A stretch of 12,797 bases of DNA from Archangium sp. (GTDB lineage: Bacteria; Myxococcota; Myxococcia; Myxococcales; Myxococcaceae): assembly GCA_031367385.1 (NCBI GenBank), contig JANLPS010000436.1, forward strand, positions 1-12,797, given 5' to 3'. How positions within the stretch are numbered: position 1 is the stretch's first letter; every line of letters begins with the position of its first letter. Shown here piece by piece: positions 1-5,293 of this stretch. Below the pieces are notes generated by a model, which was given only the letters and a program-made list of their open reading frames with translations, was not told the origin of the DNA and made no database searches. The translations under genes were made by a program, and so were the position numbers.

Positions 1-1
1 G

Positions 2-376
2 TTGTCGCCGCCCACCGCGGCGAACCGTGTGTTCACGCGGTCGCCTTCAGCGGTGACCGTGCGCCTGCCAGGTGATGGGCTGCGGCCGACGCGAATTCCG
101 CTCCAGTACACCGAGCTGCCTGAGGTCGAGTCGGCGCTGCAGGCGCTGGAGGAGGAAGACTTCGCTCGAGCCTTCGAGCAAATCACCAAATGCGTCGGCC
201 GCTACCCGCACCCGGAGGCTTGCCAGGTGCTGAAGATCATCGGGCTTCGAATGCGCAATACCCTGTACGACGATGCCCGCGCGACGGCTGAGCTCCACAC
301 GCTGCGAGCCCATGACCCAGGCAACGTCTCGCTGCCTGGCCTGCAGAGCCTCAAGCCCGCTGGGTCGCCGTTCTAA
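2..376 (+). CDS. Hypothetical protein, 5'-truncated C-terminal fragment (helical, possibly TPR-like)
   Basis: Frame is open from the window edge to TAA at 374-376. Amphipathic helical segments (ESALQALEEEDFARAFEQITKC, DARATAELHTLRAHDPGN). No family recognised. Confidence 0.55.
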   Translation: MSPPTAANRVFTRSPSAVTVRLPGDGLRPTRIPLQYTELPEVESALQALEEEDFARAFEQITKCVGRYPHPEACQVLKIIGLRMRNTLYDDARATAELHTLRAHDPGNVSLPGLQSLKPAGSPF

Positions 377-438
377 GTACCTGTGGTTGCAGTGCTTCTT
401 CGTGAGCAACCGGCGCTCCGGGCTGGCGAAAACTCCCC

Positions 439-984
439 ATGAACTTCATCTCGGGTCGCTTGCCTCGCTTGGCCAAGATCGCGGAGCGAATGACCCTCAA
501 CGCCACCGACCTGCGCTCGTCGAGCACGGTGTTGAGCCGGGTCGCCGCGCTTCGCGCTGACACCGCGGGTGCTTTGAACCGGCTGACGCAAGCGCGCGGG
601 GCCGCGACCGGTGAGCGGCTTGCAGCCATCGAGGCCCGCCTCGCTGATCTGGTGCTTCGCGACGCCAAGGGCGAACGCTTTCGCAGCCGCATCGAAGGTG
701 CCTTCCGCGCTGATCCGGCCCAAGCGCTCCAAGCCTTTCGCGACGAGTTTTACCCGAAGGCCCTGTCCTTCGACCCGGAGACCGGCGTGAAGCAGGCCAC
801 CCGTTCGTTGCCTGAAGGGCTGGCGGCGTTGGTCGGTGATGGCGTGGTCGAGGCCCCGACCAAGTTCGGCTATCGAGGTTCGGTCGTGCCGGTCGCTGCG
901 GGTGAGACCGCCGAGCAGGTGAGTGCCAACTGGTTCTCTGAGCGGACCTTCGACTTGATGATGACCAAGGCCGGGCTGAAGTAG
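439..984 (+). CDS. Hypothetical protein (181 aa)
   Basis: ATG 439 to TAG 984, GC3-rich codons, protein-like composition with an Ala/Leu/Arg helical N-half. The start could instead be ATG 490. No family recognised. Confidence 0.6.
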   Translation: MNFISGRLPRLAKIAERMTLNATDLRSSSTVLSRVAALRADTAGALNRLTQARGAATGERLAAIEARLADLVLRDAKGERFRSRIEGAFRADPAQALQAFRDEFYPKALSFDPETGVKQATRSLPEGLAALVGDGVVEAPTKFGYRGSVVPVAAGETAEQVSANWFSERTFDLMMTKAGLK

Positions 985-1020
985 CTCGAGGGTGCAGGTG
1001 CGTTCGAATCAGTTGGCCGC

Positions 1021-1767
1021 TTATCGCGCGCTCGAATCGGTCACCAGCACGTCAACCGACCCGTTCAACCCGAGAAACTCGGCGACCACCTGAGTCGCCC
1101 CAGCGTGCTTCGCCTCAAATGTGTCGGTGCCTCCACCTTCAAGAACCGAGTTCGTCGAGCGAAAAGTGAGTGGCCGTTGAGCGACCAGTTCTGCACCAGA
1201 GGCAGAAAGAGGCACGCCCGCGAACTCGATTCTGTCTCCCACGATGGCTTGCACCGGTGTGCCCGGGCTCGATGTCAATGAACCATACGTGTTGCCACGC
1301 CACCGCCCGTCACTTCGCACCTGGAGCGATTGGGCCTGCTCCACGTCGACGGTCACCGCGTCGAGGTCGTAACCATTCTCGCTGACCACGATGCGGGCCT
1401 GGCCGACTGCCAGCGCCTGCAGTGAAATGGAGGCGTCGATGAAACAGCCAGTGGTGCCGTTGACCGAGAGGCAGCTGAAGAGCCCCTGACGGAGTGTCGC
1501 AGTCGAATCGACGGTAGCGACTTCAGGCGCCTCTGAGCGAAGTTGAAGCGTTCTCGGCTGGGTTCCCCTTGCGCTGAGGTTGATGAATGACTGGGCACCC
1601 GCTGCAAATGGCGCCCATATCGAGGTGTGATGCGTCTGTGGGCTCAGCGTGAATTGAATCGCGCCTGTTTCTCCCGGGGGCTTCGGTGCATCGCCACAAC
1701 CCACGAACAGCATGGTGCAAGCGAACACGAGCGGAGCGAGGGGGCTGCAGAGGCGATTGAGAATCAT
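1021..1767 (-). CDS. Putative lipoprotein with two bacterial Ig-like (Big_2-like) domains (248 aa)
   Basis: Start taken at ATG 1767 (MILNRL...). Hydrophobic stretch ends in the lipobox-like FVGC. Beta-rich body with two Ig-type signatures (LRSEAPEVATV...QALAVGQARIVVS; TFRSTNSVL...FEAKHAGATQVVAEF). The longer ORF-track N-terminus (to 1932) looks non-coding. Confidence 0.65.
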   Translation of the reverse strand: MILNRLCSPLAPLVFACTMLFVGCGDAPKPPGETGAIQFTLSPQTHHTSIWAPFAAGAQSFINLSARGTQPRTLQLRSEAPEVATVDSTATLRQGLFSCLSVNGTTGCFIDASISLQALAVGQARIVVSENGYDLDAVTVDVEQAQSLQVRSDGRWRGNTYGSLTSSPGTPVQAIVGDRIEFAGVPLSASGAELVAQRPLTFRSTNSVLEGGGTDTFEAKHAGATQVVAEFLGLNGSVDVLVTDSSAR

Positions 1768-1779
1768 CGCCGGCCCGTG

Positions 1780-1795
1780 AGCACTGGGTGTGCCA
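1780..1795 (-). promoter_or_regulatory. Putative sigma54 (-24/-12) promoter of the Ig-like lipoprotein gene
   Basis: Minus strand reads TGGCACACCCAGTGCT, i.e. GG-N10-GC, close to consensus TGGCACG-N4-TTGCW. It ends 12 bp upstream of ATG 1767. Confidence 0.55.
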
Positions 1796-2038
1796 CTGCG
1801 TACACCTCTCGAAAGTGCACGTATTCGCTCGAACAGCCTCGCTGGAGCCGCGCAGGCGGTGACGCAACCCCTCGCGACCGATGGCCCACACGGTGCGCAA
1901 CGACCTCGTCTCCCGCGGCGGGTACCGCGCAATCACCTTCGCGTGGCAGGGAGCCTGCTCTCACCATCGCTGGCCCAATGAAGTAAGAGCCTGAAATAAC
2001 TTGTCTTTCGCCTCCTGCGGGCTCGCTGCCCGAGCACA

Positions 2039-2060
2039 TGTCAGACCCTTGTTCTAAGAG
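2039..2060 (+). promoter_or_regulatory. PafBC/RecA-NDp-like promoter motif upstream of recA
   Basis: TGTCAG-ACCCTTGTTC(10 nt)-TAAGAG compared with the actinobacterial motif TGTCRG-N10-TA-N3-T. Spacing is exact; the last base mismatches. Confidence 0.45.
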
Positions 2061-2074
2061 GGGTCAACATCTGA

Positions 2075-2094
2075 TACTCAACGGCTGTTCAGTA
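2075..2094 (+). promoter_or_regulatory. Putative LexA (SOS) box
   Basis: TACTCAAC-GGCT-GTTCAGTA, an 8-4-8 palindrome with one mismatch. It resembles the Myxococcus-type LexA box CTRHAMRYBYGTTCAGS (14/17 match over 2077-2093) and lies 33 bp upstream of the recA start. Confidence 0.7.
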
Positions 2095-2127
2095 CCCTTT
2101 CTCGATACAAACCACTGGAGAGATTAC

Positions 2128-3207
2128 GTGACGATTCAAAATACTGAAAAAGAGAAGGCCCTCGACCTCGCGCTGCAAGCGGTTGAACGGCAGTTCGGCA
2201 AAGGCTCGATCATGCGCTTGGGCAATGATCAGCCGCTCACCAAAGACATCGCGGCGATCTCCACCGGGTCGATCTCGCTCGACATCGCGCTGGGCGTCGG
2301 CGGCGTGCCGCGCGGTCGCATCATCGAAATCTACGGGCCAGAATCGTCAGGCAAGACGACGCTGAGCTTGCACATCGTGGCCGAGGCGCAGAAGCGCGGC
2401 GGCGTGGCCGGCTACATCGACGCCGAGCACGCGATGGACATTGGCTACGCGCGCAAGCTGGGCGTGCGAACCGACGACTTGTTGCTCTCGCAGCCCGACA
2501 CCGGTGAGCAGGGCCTCGAGATCGCCGAGATGCTGGTCCGCTCCGGAGCGATTGACGTGTTGGTCATCGACTCGGTCGCAGCGCTGGTACCCAAGGCCGA
2601 GCTCGAAGGCGAAATGGGCGACTCGCACATGGGTCTGCAGGCGCGATTGATGAGCCAGGCGCTGCGAAAGCTGACTGGCACGGTCGCGAAGAGCCAGACC
2701 TGCCTCATCTTCATCAACCAGATTCGCATGAAGATCGGCGTGATGTTCGGCAACCCCGAGACCACCACGGGCGGCAACGCGCTGAAGTTCTACGCGTCGC
2801 AGCGCCTCGACATTCGCCGCATCGGAGCCATCAAGAACGGCGAGGCCGTCGTCGGCAGCCGCACCCGCGTGAAGGTGGTGAAGAACAAGGTCGCTCCGCC
2901 CTTCAAGGAGGTCGAGTTCGACATCATGTACGGCACCGGCATCTCGCGCGAAGGCGACCTCATCGACCTGGCATCTGAGCACGGCATCGTCGAGAAGAGC
3001 GGCGCGTGGTTCGGCTTCAAGGGCGAGCGCATCGGCCAGGGCCGTGAGAACGCGAAAGACTACTTGCGTGAGCACCCTGACATGGCGCTCGAAATCGAGA
3101 AGCAGCTGCGCGAGAAGTTCAACATCAAGTCGGTGCCTGCCGTGCAGGCCGTGCCTGATGTCGAAGAAGAAGAGGGCAAACGCCCTCGCGCGAAGGCCGC
3201 GAAGTAA
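2128..3207 (+). CDS. recA: Recombinase RecA (359 aa; resembles myxobacterial RecA2)
   Basis: GTG 2128 preceded by GGAG (2117-2120). Walker [55 protein letters not shown]. Confidence 0.99.
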   Translation: MTIQNTEKEKALDLALQAVERQFGKGSIMRLGNDQPLTKDIAAISTGSISLDIALGVGGVPRGRIIEIYGPESSGKTTLSLHIVAEAQKRGGVAGYIDAEHAMDIGYARKLGVRTDDLLLSQPDTGEQGLEIAEMLVRSGAIDVLVIDSVAALVPKAELEGEMGDSHMGLQARLMSQALRKLTGTVAKSQTCLIFINQIRMKIGVMFGNPETTTGGNALKFYASQRLDIRRIGAIKNGEAVVGSRTRVKVVKNKVAPPFKEVEFDIMYGTGISREGDLIDLASEHGIVEKSGAWFGFKGERIGQGRENAKDYLREHPDMALEIEKQLREKFNIKSVPAVQAVPDVEEEEGKRPRAKAAK

Positions 3208-3227
3208 GCGATTTTCGAGGGGTTTTA

Positions 3228-3260
3228 CGCACCAGCCGAATTCGAACGCCGGCTGGTGCG
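3228..3260 (+). terminator. GC-rich stem-loop downstream of recA (possible weak terminator or mRNA stabiliser)
   Basis: CGCACCAGCCG (3228-3238) and CGGCTGGTGCG (3250-3260) form a perfect 11-bp stem with an 11-nt loop. No U-tract follows on the + strand. Confidence 0.5.
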
Positions 3261-3291
3261 CTGCACGTATACCCACTGATATGTTTCACCT

Positions 3292-3501
3292 ATGAGCCAG
3301 GTGACCATTTATCTGTCAGCCAAGGTTGAGGCCCACGCGCGACGTGAAGCACGGAGGGCCAAGAAAACCCTATCCGCATACATCGCGGGAGTGCTCGTGC
3401 CTGAACCGACTGGCCCATCGAAACTGCTCAAACTCGCCGGCAGCATGCCTGGGTTCAGCGTGCCCGACGACGCCGACCTGGCACCACTCGACGAGCCATG
3501 A
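3292..3501 (+). CDS. vapB: VapB-like antitoxin (CopG/ribbon-helix-helix type, 69 aa)
   Basis: N-terminal beta strand QVTIYL followed by two helices (KKTLSAYIAGVL), LAGS motif, acidic tail. ATGA overlap with the downstream PIN toxin. Confidence 0.8.
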   Translation: MSQVTIYLSAKVEAHARREARRAKKTLSAYIAGVLVPEPTGPSKLLKLAGSMPGFSVPDDADLAPLDEP

Positions 3502-3896
3502 TTCTTCTCGATACCGACATCTGCATCGGGTTTCTCGAGCGCAGAGACTCGAAGCTGGCCAGATTTTTCAGCGAGAACGAGGTCGACCTTCGATTGTGCG
3601 CGGTGGTGAAGGCAGAGCTCTACTTTGGTGCCCGCGCCAGCGCGAGGGTCGATGAGAACCTGAAGCGCCTGCGAGCATTCTTCGAGGCCATCGGGTCGCT
3701 TGATTTCGACGACGTCGCTGCTGAGCACTACGGCGTGATTCGAGCGCAACTCAAGCGAGCCGGCACGCCCATTGGCCCGAATGACTTGATGATCGCCGCG
3801 ATTGCGTTGGCTCACGACGCCACGGTTGCGACGCGAAACGTGAATGAATTTGCGCGAGTTCCCACGCTGCGCATCGCCGCCCTCCCGGAGCCCTGA
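3498..3896 (+). CDS. vapC: VapC PIN-domain ribonuclease toxin (132 aa)
   Basis: PIN signatures ILLDTDIC, VVKAELYFG, IGPNDLMIAAIAL, ATRNVNEFARVP. Translationally coupled to the upstream small gene. Confidence 0.95.
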   Translation: MILLDTDICIGFLERRDSKLARFFSENEVDLRLCAVVKAELYFGARASARVDENLKRLRAFFEAIGSLDFDDVAAEHYGVIRAQLKRAGTPIGPNDLMIAAIALAHDATVATRNVNEFARVPTLRIAALPEP

Positions 3897-3897
3897 T

Positions 3898-4260
3898 CTA
3901 CAGCTCACTGCTGGGCTTGATGACCAGCGGCACCCGGCGAACCGCGCTTGGGCTCGCCGGCCACACCGCGTCACGGCCGCCGCGGCCCATGCCGGCGACG
4001 CGAACTTCGACGGTGTCGCCGCGCTGGGTGCGAATGGTGCCGGGCCAGAAGACACCGAGCTCGCTGGGGCTCTCGACCAACACCTCGTCGCCAGAGCGAA
4101 CGTCACCGGGTGCGTCAACCAGTGTCTGCTCGACGTGCACGCGCGCCGAAGCGGCTCGACCGGCCACTTCGTAGTGCAGCGTGAGCCACTCACCTTCGGT
4201 GCGCGTGACCTCGGCGCGGCGCCAGAACCGCTGGCCCTCGACACGAAACAGAACGCTCAC
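3898..4260 (-). CDS. Hypothetical protein with two Tudor/Agenet (SH3-like) repeats (120 aa)
   Basis: GTG start overlaps the HAD stop (GTGA). Internal duplication FWRRAEVTRTEGEWLTLHY / FWPGTIRTQRGDTVEVRV. The fold call is inference. Confidence 0.6.
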   Translation of the reverse strand: MSVLFRVEGQRFWRRAEVTRTEGEWLTLHYEVAGRAASARVHVEQTLVDAPGDVRSGDEVLVESPSELGVFWPGTIRTQRGDTVEVRVAGMGRGGRDAVWPASPSAVRRVPLVIKPSSEL

Positions 4261-4970
4261 GTCACGTCGAGAATCGGCCAGTTGTAGCTTCGGGCCAGGG
4301 CGCGCAGCCGCAGGTCGGGGTTCACCGCGGTGGGGCGGCCGACCACGGTGAGCATCGCGTAGTCACTCGCTGAATCGGAGTACGCGTGGCTCTGCATCAA
4401 CGAGATGCCGTGCTTGTCGCAGTACTCGCGAATCACGTTCGACTTGTTCGCGCCCTCGATGATGGGGGGTATGATCTTGCCGGTCGCGACGCCTCCGACG
4501 AACTGCATGCGGTTGGCAATGAGGTCGTCGGCGCCGAGGTGGCGGGCGAGCGGCGTCATCGTGAAGTCGAGCGCTCCGGTGACCAGCACGATCTTGCACC
4601 CGGCACGGCGGGCCTCGTCGATGAGGTCTTGGGCCTTCGGGTAAATCGCGTCTTTGATGACGTCTTCGAACAGGTCTTCAGTGAGGGTGAGCAGCCGGTC
4701 TTCGCTGAGGCCCTCGTACGAGCGGTAGAAGAACTCGTTGAAGATTTTGCGGTCGAGCAGGTTGAGCGCTCCGAAGAGCGGTATCGACGCGGCGGTGCTC
4801 AAGGTGCGGGTCAAGATGCCGGTCACGCTGCCCTGGTTCATCGCGTAGTAACCGTACGCGTGCACCACGTTGGTCGAGATCAACGTGCCGTCGATGTCGA
4901 AGAACGCGGCTTTGCCTTGCGCGGGAGCGGCGACGACACGGTCAGACGAGGGGCGATGCTCGGAGTGCAT
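4257..4970 (-). CDS. HAD-IB family (SerB-like) phosphatase (about 237 aa)
   Basis: Motif I AFFDIDGTL, motif II VLVTGA, motif III K (GANK), motif IV AYSDSASD, followed by AVNPD. Start taken at ATG 4970, 8 bp after the upstream stop. Confidence 0.9.
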   Translation of the reverse strand: MHSEHRPSSDRVVAAPAQGKAAFFDIDGTLISTNVVHAYGYYAMNQGSVTGILTRTLSTAASIPLFGALNLLDRKIFNEFFYRSYEGLSEDRLLTLTEDLFEDVIKDAIYPKAQDLIDEARRAGCKIVLVTGALDFTMTPLARHLGADDLIANRMQFVGGVATGKIIPPIIEGANKSNVIREYCDKHGISLMQSHAYSDSASDYAMLTVVGRPTAVNPDLRLRALARSYNWPILDVT

Positions 4971-4978
4971 GGTGCTTC

Positions 4979-5215
4979 TCACTTTTTCGGCGGGTGACAC
5001 TTTTCGCGGCACGGCTTGGCCTGGGCTTCACAGGTATTCAGGCACTGCATCATCTTGGCAGACTGCTCTTTCTGGTCTTTCGGCGGCTGCGCGGTGCAGG
5101 TGCGCAGGCACTCGGCCGAGGCTTGGTTGCACTTCGACTCGCAGGCGTCTTGCGCGTGAGCCAACGCGGCGACCGAGAGTGCGACCGTCAACACCAACCG
5201 TGACCAGCTTTTCAT
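4979..5215 (-). CDS. Small secreted cysteine-rich protein (78 aa, 2x CX3C-X6-CX3C)
   Basis: ATG 5215 preceded by GAGG. Signal peptide MKSWSRLVLTVALSVAALAHA with an AHA cleavage site. The mature part has 8 regularly spaced Cys. Confidence 0.75.
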   Translation of the reverse strand: MKSWSRLVLTVALSVAALAHAQDACESKCNQASAECLRTCTAQPPKDQKEQSAKMMQCLNTCEAQAKPCREKCHPPKK

Positions 5216-5257
5216 GGGAGACCTCATAGCGCAGGGTGCGACCAAGCTGACGCCCCC

Positions 5258-5290
5258 GCGCGGCGGGCATTCACCGGCCGCCGCGCTTTT
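5258..5290 (+). terminator. Stem-loop between ileS and the Cys-rich gene (U-tract on the + strand)
   Basis: GCGCGGCGG (5258-5266) and CCGCCGCGC (5278-5286) form a 9-bp perfect stem, followed by TTTT on the + strand. Confidence 0.45.
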
Positions 5291-5293
5291 CAC

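Noticed and set aside
1757..1767. TTGAGAATCAT, identical to the first 11 bp of the Fur-family box, over the lipoprotein start codon (a similar half-site CATTCTCAA is at 12232-12240)
   Set aside because: Only half-sites, with the second arm missing. Too weak to call an operator without a PWM scan.
2038..2127. 30-aa N-terminal extension of RecA
   Set aside because: The region contains promoter/operator motifs, and GTG 2128 has a GGAG RBS and matches the usual RecA N-terminus.
2128..3207. Intein or intron in recA
   Set aside because: The length is normal (359 aa) and all motifs are contiguous.
2347..3276. 309-aa minus-strand ORF antisense to recA
   Set aside because: Shadow ORF of a highly conserved gene with no independent coding signal.
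3228..3900. vapBC as part of a mobile element
   Set aside because: No transposase, integrase, terminal inverted repeats or target-site duplication seen.
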